Source: Kiritimatiellia bacterium
GTDB taxonomy: Bacteria; Verrucomicrobiota; Kiritimatiellia; RFP12; UBA1067
Direction of reading: 5' to 3'
Assembly: GCA_017525225.1 (NCBI GenBank)
Contig: JAFXTB010000048.1
Span: 8,799 to 72,798 of the forward strand
DNA length: 64,000 bases
The notes under the pieces were generated by a model, which did no database searches, was not told the DNA's origin, and saw nothing but the letters and a program-made list of their open reading frames with translations. Every line of letters begins with the position of its first letter. The stretch's first letter is position 1. The position numbers were made by a program, and so were the translations under genes. Below, one piece after another: positions 45,161-54,623 of the stretch.

Positions 45161-48100
45161 ATGGCAACAGGAAAAGCACTCAATGGAAAGCCGCATGCGG
45201 GAAATCCGCACGTACGGTTTGATGAGGGGGGAGTCGTACCGTCGGCAACGCCGAGGCGTGGGTCTCTACTCTACAAGAATGTTGAGGCGTTGCGGAGCGC
45301 AAGGGGCGCCATGCTTGCCCTGTTTGCGTCGTTTTCGTTTGTCGGCGCGTTGCATGGCGCCAACTACACCTACACCTGGACCTGGAACGGCAATGGCGAC
45401 GGCGTGACCTGGACGAACGGAAGCAACTGGACATGTTCCCCTGCCGGAGCGGCGTACGAATACCCGTCCACGGTCGAGGACATAGCCAAGTTCAACTCAA
45501 AAGTCGGCGGCGGGCTCGTGGTGACGTCGCGTCTGGACAAGGCCGTGACGCTATATGGAATCATGCAGAGCGGTTCCGATCCGGTTGTGTTGACCACGAC
45601 GAACAATTCGAGCCTTGCTTTTGGCCTGCGTTCGGGAGCGGTCGTGGCGATCGACTACGATGGAATCGTGGCGAAGGCCGGCACTACGCTCTATCTGGAC
45701 GTACCCATAGTGATGAACCAGCGCTTCGACCGCTGGGGCGACGGCACGGTGGTATGGTCGCACAGCATATCCAACGGCCTCGACAAGACCGGCACCTACA
45801 TGAGCAATTTCTTCGGCGGCAACGGTACGAACATCTTCACAGGCGACTTCACGTTTCTGGCTAACGCCAGTTCCGCTTACTCTTTCGGATATGGGGGGAA
45901 GCCCGGCAGGTGGGCGTATTCGATCCAGCAGGACAACGCCTCGTTCTCGACGAAGGAGCTGAAGGTCGGCAACAGCAGGTCGTGCCCCAACGCCGTGTGG
46001 CGGCAGGATGGCGATGCCACCATCACCTCGGTCACGAACCTCTATGTCGGCAACAACACGGATACGGACGACTGGAGCACGTCCGTCTATCACATGGTGC
46101 GCGGAACGCTTTCTGCCTCATCGAAGCTGAATCTGGGCAATGGCCGCCCCGGGTATTTCGTGCAGGACGGTGGAACCGCCACGGTGGCGATGGTGGAATG
46201 CGGCACGGGCGCGCGTTCGTACGGAGGTCTCGAGGTACGGGGCGGAAGGTTCGTGATGAACGGCACGATGGACTTCGGAAAGGAGGGGAGGTTCGACTTC
46301 ATCCACAGCGGCGGCACGTTCGTCGTCCCGGTCGCCTTGACGCTCAACGACACGGTGAAGCTTTCGGGCTCCCCAACGCTCGAAGTCGCGTCCGGAAAGA
46401 GCCTGACGCTTCGCCGTTCGCCGCAGATCGCCGCAGGCACTTCGTTGACGAAGACCGGCGCCGGCAAGGTCTACATACAGGCCGACGTGCCGGCACGGGG
46501 ATCGCTGACGGTTGCCGAAGGCGAGATCGCGATCGGCAACGGCGGCGCCTATACGGACCGCATGGGCATACTGGGCGCGTACGACGACTACGAGCCCTGG
46601 CAGGTGACGATCAAGAACGGAGCGTCGCTGGGCTGGCAGTCATCCGGCTATTCCATAACCGCGTACTACTACAAGCCCATGGATCTCAACATCGAGGATG
46701 GCGGGCGGTTCTACTTCCACAACCACCGTACGGCGGCGTTCGCGCACTCCCTCGTGACGAACGGCGTGGCGCTTCCGCGCGGCACATACACCACGGCTCC
46801 CAACTCCCCGCTATACAGTACCAGCGAAAAAGGTCTCTCACATATGATCGTGCCGTATACGTGGACGGGCGGCGGCGACGGGACCACCTGGACAGATCCC
46901 TTGAACTGGGAGGATGGCGCCGTGCCGCCGAACAATGCGACAGGGTCGGAAAGCGGGGTGTTCGCCGACCTTTCGCGCGCCACGAACATAACGTTCTCGG
47001 CGAACATAGCCATAGGCGGCATCCTCTATGCCCCATGCGGCGCCAATAGGCGGCTTGTGATCTCCAGCCAGACTGCCTCCTTCAAGCTCGACCGTGCCAG
47101 CTACCATACGTCCTGCATGGTCGTGCCCGATGCGACGCTCGAGTTCGACTGCAAGGTGTTGCGCCGGGCCACTGTCAGCATGGTGGGCAACGGCACGTTC
47201 GTATTCGACAGATATGTCCTGGGGTCCACGCTCGCGGCCAGCGGGTTCAATAATAACTACATGCCGATATTCTGCATCGACGGTACCGTCATATACCGCA
47301 ACGCGACGGAGTTCACGCGCTTCGACGAGAGTTCGTCCTACCGCCGGGCGGTCGCATGGCACGCCAACCAGTCCGGTTCCGAGGCTCGCATCATATTCGA
47401 GGGCGAGGATACCGATCTTGAATACGATCTGTTCATGTGGTCGCGTGGTGGCTATACGAGCGCCAACTGGGTGTACCAGCGCGGAGGGGCGAACATCACG
47501 GTCTCCAACTTCTGCATGAACACATGCCGCAATGATGGACAGAAACCACAGCGCTACTATCTGCAGGATGGTACGCTCACATGCGTGGAGGGCATCTATC
47601 TGAACAAGAACGTGGCGGATGGCGTCTCGTGCTGCCAGAACTATCCGGGAGGGGACTTCGAGATGACAGGCGGCACGCTGACCACTCCGCTGATGGGCAG
47701 CGAATGCCTGCAGAACTGGTACTATCTGAATGGCGGCGATCTCTACATCGGCGCGGGTGGCATCGTGCGCACGTGCGATACGCGGAACTATGCCCCGACC
47801 GATTCCAAGACGAAGGGCGCGTACGATGCGACCACCGGTCTGCCTCTCTACAACACCACGCCGTCGCTCCAGCTTGGCGGCGTAAGGCTGCATGCGACGG
47901 CCGACTTCTCCGTCTCGCTCGATACCGCCTTCAGCGGCAAGGGCGGTGCGACGACTATCGATACCGCCGGTCACGACATAACGTTCGAAGGATGCGTCCT
48001 GACTGGTACCGGCGGCTGGCGCAAGATCGGCGAAGGCACCCTCTACCTCAACGGTACCAACAGCTTCACGGGCGCGATGTCCGTGGAGGCGGGCACGGTG

Positions 48101-49558
48101 AGCATCGGCGCAGGCGCCGTGAACGAAGCCGTCCCGGCGAGAATCGAACTCGCCTCCGCCTCCTCGCTCTCGCTTCCTGCAGGTGCGGCCTGGACGGTCG
48201 AGACACTGATCGTGGGCGGGGTCCGCAAGACTGCCGGTGAAAGCGTGACGTTCGGCGAAGGCTCGGTGACGGTGGCGCAGCCTGCAACGCTCGCCGCAGG
48301 CCGCTGGATAGGCCCTGCCGCCGGCGGCGACTGGCTCGCGACGTCCAACTGGTCCGATGGCGTGATACCCAACGGCAAGACGGCGTCCGCGGATCTCAAG
48401 GGCACGTCGCTGGCGGATGGGGCCCGGATCACGTTCGCCTCGGACATCGTTCTCGGCGGGCTTGATGTGGACGTCCCCGGGACGATAACGCTCGCAGCCA
48501 CGGATGGCGCGTGCATACTTCTCACCAATGCCACGGTGACCGTCTCGCCGGAGACGACGCTCGTGTTCGACTCGCCTGTGGTGGTGGGTGCGTCGAAGAA
48601 CGGCAACAGTCCCGTGTATGTGGCTGGCGGCGGCAGGGTGGTGTTCGCAAAGGAGGTCCTCGACCAGGTCGGCGCCAGCTCCAAGCATCGCATGATGGTG
48701 GATGATGGCACGGTGGCCGAATTCCGCGATCAGCTGCAGGGCGTGACGCTCGAGGCCAGGTCCGCGCACTGGCAGACGTCCTGGGCGGACATCATTGTCG
48801 CCGAAGGCGGGGATTTGAATCTTGCAAATAGCGTGCTTGCGGGTGGCGCCGTACGCATGACGCAGACCGGCGGCAAGGTCGCCGTGACCAACTCGTTCGT
48901 CCTTGCCGGGGCTTGCAGCACGCAGACGCGCTGCTACCACACGCTCGATTCGGGCGAGCTGCTTGTGGCAAACGGCTGTACTCTTGGCGGCGGATGGACA
49001 GGTGACATGCGGCTGTATCTCAATGGCGGTGTTATCAAGACGTCCGGCCAGGGCACGGCGTTCAAGTCAGACCTGCTGGTGACGCTGGGGGGCGCCGTCA
49101 CATTCACGCAGGCTGACGCCAAGACCGATTCGAGATTCGACAACGACTTCTACGGAGAGGGGAGCATCACGCAGGCGGGGCCGGGCCGCGCCACGTTCAC
49201 AGGCATCCAGTCGGCCGTCACGTCGTACACGGTCCTGGGCGGAACGCTGGCGATACAGGGTGCGGCGGCGGCCACGAACCTGACCGTCACGGCAGGCACT
49301 CTGTCCGTGGGCGGGGCGGCTGCGGCCACGATCCCGCCGACCGCTTCGCTGAGCCTCCGGCGCACAGGTAAGCTCAACCTCGATTTCGACGGCGAACTCG
49401 TAGTACGCAAGCTTCGCGTAGGTAGCTACAGCATGGCGGCGGGCATATACGACGACGGCACGCGCTACACCACACCGCTTTCGCAGTACATCACGGGACC
49501 CGGCGTGCTGCGCGTGCTGGAAGGCCACGGCCCCGGCCTGCATCTGTTTGTGAGGTGA
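45161..49558 (+). CDS. giant secreted PATR-type surface protein, 1465 aa (giant 2, paralog of giant 1)
   Basis: Same architecture and long near-identical stretches to giant 1. C-terminal tail GVLRVLEGHGPGLHLFVR. Confidence 0.75.
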   Translation: MATGKALNGKPHAGNPHVRFDEGGVVPSATPRRGSLLYKNVEALRSARGAMLALFASFSFVGALHGANYTYTWTWNGNGDGVTWTNGSNWTCSPAGAAYEYPSTVEDIAKFNSKVGGGLVVTSRLDKAVTLYGIMQSGSDPVVLTTTNNSSLAFGLRSGAVVAIDYDGIVAKAGTTLYLDVPIVMNQRFDRWGDGTVVWSHSISNGLDKTGTYMSNFFGGNGTNIFTGDFTFLANASSAYSFGYGGKPGRWAYSIQQDNASFSTKELKVGNSRSCPNAVWRQDGDATITSVTNLYVGNNTDTDDWSTSVYHMVRGTLSASSKLNLGNGRPGYFVQDGGTATVAMVECGTGARSYGGLEVRGGRFVMNGTMDFGKEGRFDFIHSGGTFVVPVALTLNDTVKLSGSPTLEVASGKSLTLRRSPQIAAGTSLTKTGAGKVYIQADVPARGSLTVAEGEIAIGNGGAYTDRMGILGAYDDYEPWQVTIKNGASLGWQSSGYSITAYYYKPMDLNIEDGGRFYFHNHRTAAFAHSLVTNGVALPRGTYTTAPNSPLYSTSEKGLSHMIVPYTWTGGGDGTTWTDPLNWEDGAVPPNNATGSESGVFADLSRATNITFSANIAIGGILYAPCGANRRLVISSQTASFKLDRASYHTSCMVVPDATLEFDCKVLRRATVSMVGNGTFVFDRYVLGSTLAASGFNNNYMPIFCIDGTVIYRNATEFTRFDESSSYRRAVAWHANQSGSEARIIFEGEDTDLEYDLFMWSRGGYTSANWVYQRGGANITVSNFCMNTCRNDGQKPQRYYLQDGTLTCVEGIYLNKNVADGVSCCQNYPGGDFEMTGGTLTTPLMGSECLQNWYYLNGGDLYIGAGGIVRTCDTRNYAPTDSKTKGAYDATTGLPLYNTTPSLQLGGVRLHATADFSVSLDTAFSGKGGATTIDTAGHDITFEGCVLTGTGGWRKIGEGTLYLNGTNSFTGAMSVEAGTVSIGAGAVNEAVPARIELASASSLSLPAGAAWTVETLIVGGVRKTAGESVTFGEGSVTVAQPATLAAGRWIGPAAGGDWLATSNWSDGVIPNGKTASADLKGTSLADGARITFASDIVLGGLDVDVPGTITLAATDGACILLTNATVTVSPETTLVFDSPVVVGASKNGNSPVYVAGGGRVVFAKEVLDQVGASSKHRMMVDDGTVAEFRDQLQGVTLEARSAHWQTSWADIIVAEGGDLNLANSVLAGGAVRMTQTGGKVAVTNSFVLAGACSTQTRCYHTLDSGELLVANGCTLGGGWTGDMRLYLNGGVIKTSGQGTAFKSDLLVTLGGAVTFTQADAKTDSRFDNDFYGEGSITQAGPGRATFTGIQSAVTSYTVLGGTLAIQGAAAATNLTVTAGTLSVGGAAAATIPPTASLSLRRTGKLNLDFDGELVVRKLRVGSYSMAAGIYDDGTRYTTPLSQYITGPGVLRVLEGHGPGLHLFVR

Positions 49559-49586
49559 CATGATGGAATCAGCGCCGTGGTTTTGG

Positions 49587-49592
49587 TATAAT
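49587..49592 (+). promoter_or_regulatory. extended -10 element TGgTATAAT after giant 2
   Basis: ttttggtataat read directly. Weak -35. Confidence 0.3.
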
Positions 49593-49653
49593 AAGTCCAT
49601 GCCGTCGGCAGAAGTCCAGTTGAAAGGTTAGACGATAACAAGAAGGAGCAGAG

Positions 49654-51249
49654 ATGAAACTTGAAGCAGTGATTGCAAGTGCTGTGGCAGTGTCCATTTT
49701 CGCAGGCTGTTCGGTCAAGAACGGCGATGCGTTTGAGAGCAAGCGGTCCGCCTTGCTGGCGCGGAGCAGGCCGGTGGTGTACAACACCGACGGCTGCGAC
49801 ATGCTGTACTACCCCACGAACCTTCCGCTCTCGGTCGAGGCGTTCTGCGGGATGAGGCTCGACTACTCGAAGGGTCCGGTGATAGGCACGATATCGTACT
49901 GTCCGGTAAGCTCAGGGTTCTCGCACTTCACCGCCACGAAGGCCGGCGACCTGTTCTCGGGCTCGGTGCTGTCCTCGCCGCCCTCGGCGCGCAACGCCAC
50001 GCTGGAGTTCCGCGACAAGATCAAGACGGACTCCCTCCAGATGGCGGTGGACTTCTGCCGCCGCGAGGGCAAGGAGATATTCGTCGGCATCCGCGTCAAC
50101 GACACGCACGATGCGAACGGCACATACGGGAAGTATCTCTTCCCGCCCTTCAAGAAGGCGCATCCGGAATGCCTGATGGGGACGGCGTCGAACAAGCCGC
50201 CGCATTGCAGCTGGACGGCCGTGGACTTCGCCCACGAGGCGGTGCGCGAGCACATGCGCAAGTTCGTCCGCGAGTTCGTGGAGAACTACGACCTCGACGG
50301 CATAGAGTACGACTTCATGCGCCATGCCCAGCTTTTCAAGACCGTCGCCTGGGGCGGCAGGGCCACCGTCGCCGAGTGCGACATGATGTCGGCCCTGATG
50401 CGCGACCTGCGCGCCATCACCGAGGCGGAAGGGCGCCGTCGCGGCAGGCCGATCCTCGTGGTGGCGCGCACGCCCGATTCCCTGCCGTACGCGAAGGCGA
50501 TCGGCATGGATGTGGAAAGATGGATGACCGACCGCTCCCTGGACATCTGGGTCGGGTCCGGCTACTTCCAGCTGGAGCAGTGGACGAAGGCCGTGGAGGT
50601 GGCACGCAGGCATGGCGTCAAGTTCTACGCCTCGATCGACGAGTCGCGCATCCCAAATACGGCCAAGCGCCGCAAGCTGCCCATCATCCCGGGCCGCCAG
50701 ACGATCGAGTTCTACCATGCGCGCTTCGCCGCCGCCCTTGCGCTGGGATGCGATGGCGTGTATGTGTTCAACCTCGAGCGCAAGAGCCTCAAGGACTACC
50801 TTGCCGACGATCCGCGCGACCTTGCGGGCAGGAACAAGATATACTTCGCGACCGAGCGCGCATCGGGCGGATACCGCGCCTGGCACTATCTCGAGGGCGG
50901 ACGCGACTTCTGGAACATGGCGCAGATCGACCCCGGCGAGCCTCGCAAGATGGCGGCCGGCGAGACGTATGCCTTCGAGATCGCCATCGGCGAGGACTTC
51001 GCGAAGGCCGCGGCGGCAGGCAAGAAGGCGGAGGTGACCGTACTCGCCCAGACCGGCCTCAAGGCGGAGGCGCCGCTTGCGGTGAGGATGAACGGCCGTG
51101 ACCTTTCCGGGGCCACATTCAAGAACGGCCTCTTCTCGTTCAAGGTGGACGCATCCCAGGTGGTCAAGGGCCTGAACCGCTTCGAGGTAAAGATGCCGGC
51201 CGCGACGACCTTCAACGACTTTGCGGTCAAGGTCGACTACAGGCCTTGA
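49654..51249 (+). CDS. lipoprotein, putative TIM-barrel glycoside-hydrolase-like (GHL10/DUF187-like)
   Basis: Lipobox SIFAGC. DGIEYDFMRH resembles the GHL10 DGIHxDYIRYP block. AAGGAG SD. Confidence 0.55.
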   Translation: MKLEAVIASAVAVSIFAGCSVKNGDAFESKRSALLARSRPVVYNTDGCDMLYYPTNLPLSVEAFCGMRLDYSKGPVIGTISYCPVSSGFSHFTATKAGDLFSGSVLSSPPSARNATLEFRDKIKTDSLQMAVDFCRREGKEIFVGIRVNDTHDANGTYGKYLFPPFKKAHPECLMGTASNKPPHCSWTAVDFAHEAVREHMRKFVREFVENYDLDGIEYDFMRHAQLFKTVAWGGRATVAECDMMSALMRDLRAITEAEGRRRGRPILVVARTPDSLPYAKAIGMDVERWMTDRSLDIWVGSGYFQLEQWTKAVEVARRHGVKFYASIDESRIPNTAKRRKLPIIPGRQTIEFYHARFAAALALGCDGVYVFNLERKSLKDYLADDPRDLAGRNKIYFATERASGGYRAWHYLEGGRDFWNMAQIDPGEPRKMAAGETYAFEIAIGEDFAKAAAAGKKAEVTVLAQTGLKAEAPLAVRMNGRDLSGATFKNGLFSFKVDASQVVKGLNRFEVKMPAATTFNDFAVKVDYRP

Positions 51250-51260
51250 GGAAGAACGGA

Positions 51261-53090
51261 ATGTCCCACTGCGAGAGCGAGGCGAAGATGAACAGGAGAG
51301 ACTTCATAAAGGCGGGCATGTCTGGTTCCGCCCTGATGGCCGGCGGCTCGATGTTCGCCGGACCCGTCCTTAAGAATCCGGGACGAAAGGGGAAGGAACG
51401 CATCCTCGCCTACAGTCCGCCGTATGGGCAGAACTACCTCATGGATATCGAGACCGTCAATTTCATGCACCGGTGCGGCATTGACGTGGTGAAGCTGATA
51501 CTGAGCAATTCCATCGCCGCCTTCGGATATCCGTATTCGCCCTATCCCCCGATCTGGAGCGACGACACCACCTACAACCTTGATGTCGTCGACCGCCAGA
51601 TCGCCGACCTTGTCGCGCAGAATCCGGATGTGCGCTTCATCGCGATGATCGACCTGAATTCGCCGCCGTTCATCGTGACGCGGTATCATCTGGATTCGTT
51701 CAAGGACCTGGTCGAATGCTATCTTACGCCGCGCTGGAACGAATTGATGATCGGCTATCAGAAGGCGTTGCTGGAGCATCTCGAGCGCAACCACGCCGAC
51801 AGGATATGCGGATACTACATCGCCTGCGGACGCACCCAGGAGTGGTTCGACCTCACTCTCGACCGGATTACGGAGGCAAGGCTCGAGCATTATGGCGAAT
51901 GGTGCCGCGAGATGGGGCTGCCGCGGCTGCCGGCTCCAGGCGAGGCGGACTTCGATTCGATGCCGGTCTCGGAGCGGGCGATCCAATGGCGGCGCTATGG
52001 AAACTCGCTGGTCGGGCGGTGCTTTTCCGAATATCTGGCCAGGGCGAGGAAACTGATCCGCCCCGGGATTCCGATCTACGCCGTCTATGGCAACATCCAC
52101 TCGTCCAGCTCGAATGGCCACTTCGAGGCCGAACGCATCCTGCGGAAGACGACCTACGATTTCTACATCGGGCCGTCCTGCAACTCCATCGGCGCAATGG
52201 GCGGCGCCAGCGGCTTTCAGTCCGCGCTCGCGATGCTCGAACGCCACGGCATCGGCTACCTCCACTCCTGCGACCGGATGACCAGCACCGTACGGGGTTC
52301 GGCGCTAGGCTTGCGGCAGACCCCTCAGTTCCTGGCAAGGCGGATGCGCAATGCGGCGGAGGATGTGGCCTGCCTGAAGCGCGAGTTTTCCCTCGCGCTG
52401 CTGCACGGCTTTTCGCTGTGGTTCTTCAACATCTGTGGTTTCGCCTATACGGGGAAGGAGGTCAGGCAGCTTTTCATGCAGTTTGGGGAGCTGTGGCGCC
52501 GCTATGCGGACGAGCCCAGCCGTTCCGACGCCGAGACGCTGCTCGTCTTCGACACCGAGAGCACGTATGCCATTCTGGGTTTCGGAAACCGGGCCCACAA
52601 AAACACGCCCCTTCACATCTATTCGGTTCGCACCAAGCTGCTTCCCGAGGCCGGGATTCCGTTCGTGACCGCGACGTTCGACGACCTTCAGCACATTGAT
52701 CTTGCGCCATACAAGCTGGTGGTGTTCAACAACCTCATTGTCATGAACGAGGACAAGAGGCGCATCCTGCGCGAAAAGGTCTGCGTGGGCGGTCGGGCGG
52801 CCTATGGGATTCCGGGGGGAGACGAGAAGTGGACGGCCGAGGATCTGCGCCAGGCAGGGAAGAAGGCCGGGCTTCACTTCTTCACCGAGGATGGCGATCT
52901 CAAGGTGTGGAGCTCAGGAAGGTTCATCTCCGCCCACACCAAAGACGGCGGCGTGAAGACCTTGAAGTTGAAGCGCGCGGCGTCGCGGGTGGTCGAGCTC
53001 TTCTCAGGAAAGGAAGTCGCAAGGAACTGCCAGACGTTCACCGATGACTTCGCCGCGCCCGATACCAGGCTTTACAGGATCGAATACTGA
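51261..53090 (+). CDS. TAT-exported glycoside-hydrolase-like protein (possible GH42-like trimerisation-type C-terminal domain)
   Basis: Twin-arginine MNRRDFIKAGMSGSALMAGGSMFA. GAGGAAG SD 5 nt before ATG 51261. Alternative start 51288. Confidence 0.5.
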   Translation: MSHCESEAKMNRRDFIKAGMSGSALMAGGSMFAGPVLKNPGRKGKERILAYSPPYGQNYLMDIETVNFMHRCGIDVVKLILSNSIAAFGYPYSPYPPIWSDDTTYNLDVVDRQIADLVAQNPDVRFIAMIDLNSPPFIVTRYHLDSFKDLVECYLTPRWNELMIGYQKALLEHLERNHADRICGYYIACGRTQEWFDLTLDRITEARLEHYGEWCREMGLPRLPAPGEADFDSMPVSERAIQWRRYGNSLVGRCFSEYLARARKLIRPGIPIYAVYGNIHSSSSNGHFEAERILRKTTYDFYIGPSCNSIGAMGGASGFQSALAMLERHGIGYLHSCDRMTSTVRGSALGLRQTPQFLARRMRNAAEDVACLKREFSLALLHGFSLWFFNICGFAYTGKEVRQLFMQFGELWRRYADEPSRSDAETLLVFDTESTYAILGFGNRAHKNTPLHIYSVRTKLLPEAGIPFVTATFDDLQHIDLAPYKLVVFNNLIVMNEDKRRILREKVCVGGRAAYGIPGGDEKWTAEDLRQAGKKAGLHFFTEDGDLKVWSSGRFISAHTKDGGVKTLKLKRAASRVVELFSGKEVARNCQTFTDDFAAPDTRLYRIEY

Positions 53091-53165
53091 AACAATGAAG
53101 AAACAACTGCCGGTCGCTTCTGTCGCGGCATTTTCGTTCGCAATGAAAAAGAGAAAATCCCGGCA

Positions 53166-54551
53166 ATGAAGGATATCATCGGCAAAATGGCGTGTGGCAG
53201 CGCGGGAAGGCTTGTGTCGGCATGTGCGGTCTTGGTGTCTGCCCTTTCGGCGCGGGCGGTCGAGATCGATCTGTGCGCGGCGCGGATCACGGTCGAGAAC
53301 AGGGAGAACGGCACGCAGGCGCGCGCGGCGGAGGAGCTTGAGAAGCACCTCGCGCTCATCGCGGGCGAGCGGAAGCCCGCCGCCGGCGGATTCGAGTTTG
53401 TGATTGGGCGTGTTGCGCCGGGGAAGGTGGCGGCGAAGGATTGGGAGTCGCACGCGGCCGCAGTCGATGGAAAGATATACTTCTGGGGCGACGACGGCGA
53501 TGGCAGGAGGGCGCGTCCCGGTTCGAGCTTCGCGGTGTACGGGTTCCTCGAGAAGGTGCTTGGCGTAAAGTGGGTGCGGCCGGGCGACGATGGCATCGTG
53601 TTCGAGCGCCGGACGAAGGTGGAGGTGCCGGACGGTTGGACATACCGCTTCTATCCGCCGCTTGAGAAGAGTGACATCCGCGTCGGCGCCTGTCCGAAGA
53701 AGCGGCCGGACTTCTCCGACTTCATGTTCAGGAAGCGGTTTGACCTGGAGGTCATCCCGAACGAATTCATGGACGCCTTCACGCTTTCGCGCATGCGCCC
53801 GGAGTACTGGGACTTCCGGCACTGGACCTGGCGGATGCGGCTCCAGACCCGCGCAACCTACCGTTATGGCCATGCGTTCGTCAGATGGAACGACAGGTTC
53901 TACAAGTCCCATCCGGAGTACATGGCGATGTGGCATGGCACGAGCCGCGGGCATTCCAGGAAGGAGAACGGGAAGTACGTGCACCTCTGCTACTCCAACC
54001 CCGGCACGCAGGACCAGGTCATCCGCGACTGGCTCGCCGCCGGCACCAACGAGTACCTGAACATCTGCGCGGCGGCGGACGACATGAAGGAATACTACGC
54101 GCGGGTCCGCGCACGCGGCGAGGCGGCGCGGATCGCCATCATGAAGAAAGGTGGATTGGAAAGCGCGCTCGACGACAGCGAACTCTCGCGGCTGATGACC
54201 TTCAGCGGCAGCAACCAGGCGGCGCTCGACGGCGATCTGGCCGTGATCGCGCGGGCCGTAGCCCGTCCCGGACTCTCAGAAGCCGAACGGCGGCGCGTCA
54301 ACGAGGTGCGACTGGTGGTGGAGCACGCGAAACTCACGCAGGACTTCATCCTGAAGGCACCGCCGGAAGGCGTGACGGACGAGTTCATCGCCGCCGCCGA
54401 GAGACTGAAGGCGTTCCGCATCCGCCATGTCAAAGACATGCGCGAGGCGTGGACGATGCTCTTTTCCGACAAGAAGCTGGAGCGGCCGCTCTGGCATCGC
54501 GTACGCGGCGCGCATCGCTCCGGAAAGCTGCAGCCATCCGCCAGTTTGTAG
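53166..54551 (+). CDS. secreted DUF4838-like protein (N-terminal-type, short at 461 aa)
   Basis: VYGFLEKVLGVKWVRPGDDGIVF is characteristic of the DUF4838 N-terminus. Signal peptide. Confidence 0.5.
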   Translation: MKDIIGKMACGSAGRLVSACAVLVSALSARAVEIDLCAARITVENRENGTQARAAEELEKHLALIAGERKPAAGGFEFVIGRVAPGKVAAKDWESHAAAVDGKIYFWGDDGDGRRARPGSSFAVYGFLEKVLGVKWVRPGDDGIVFERRTKVEVPDGWTYRFYPPLEKSDIRVGACPKKRPDFSDFMFRKRFDLEVIPNEFMDAFTLSRMRPEYWDFRHWTWRMRLQTRATYRYGHAFVRWNDRFYKSHPEYMAMWHGTSRGHSRKENGKYVHLCYSNPGTQDQVIRDWLAAGTNEYLNICAAADDMKEYYARVRARGEAARIAIMKKGGLESALDDSELSRLMTFSGSNQAALDGDLAVIARAVARPGLSEAERRRVNEVRLVVEHAKLTQDFILKAPPEGVTDEFIAAAERLKAFRIRHVKDMREAWTMLFSDKKLERPLWHRVRGAHRSGKLQPSASL

Positions 54552-54623
54552 AGTCTAGCCGGTGCAGCATTACCTGCTTGCGCTTTATGGGCGTGTTTCG
54601 TATAATATGGAGCGTTTCCACGG

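Noticed and set aside
46838-48940. 700-aa minus-strand ORF inside giant 2 (similar ones inside giants 1 and 3 and at 49912..50886, 51237..52265, 53004..53984, 56724..58310)
   Set aside because: Antisense shadows. The + strand giants share conserved repeats, signal peptides and C-terminal tails.
54601-54609. ATG at 54607 immediately after TATAAT as the start of giant 3
   Set aside because: Out of frame with the long ORF and hits a stop within 15 codons. In-frame starts are 54624 or 54672.
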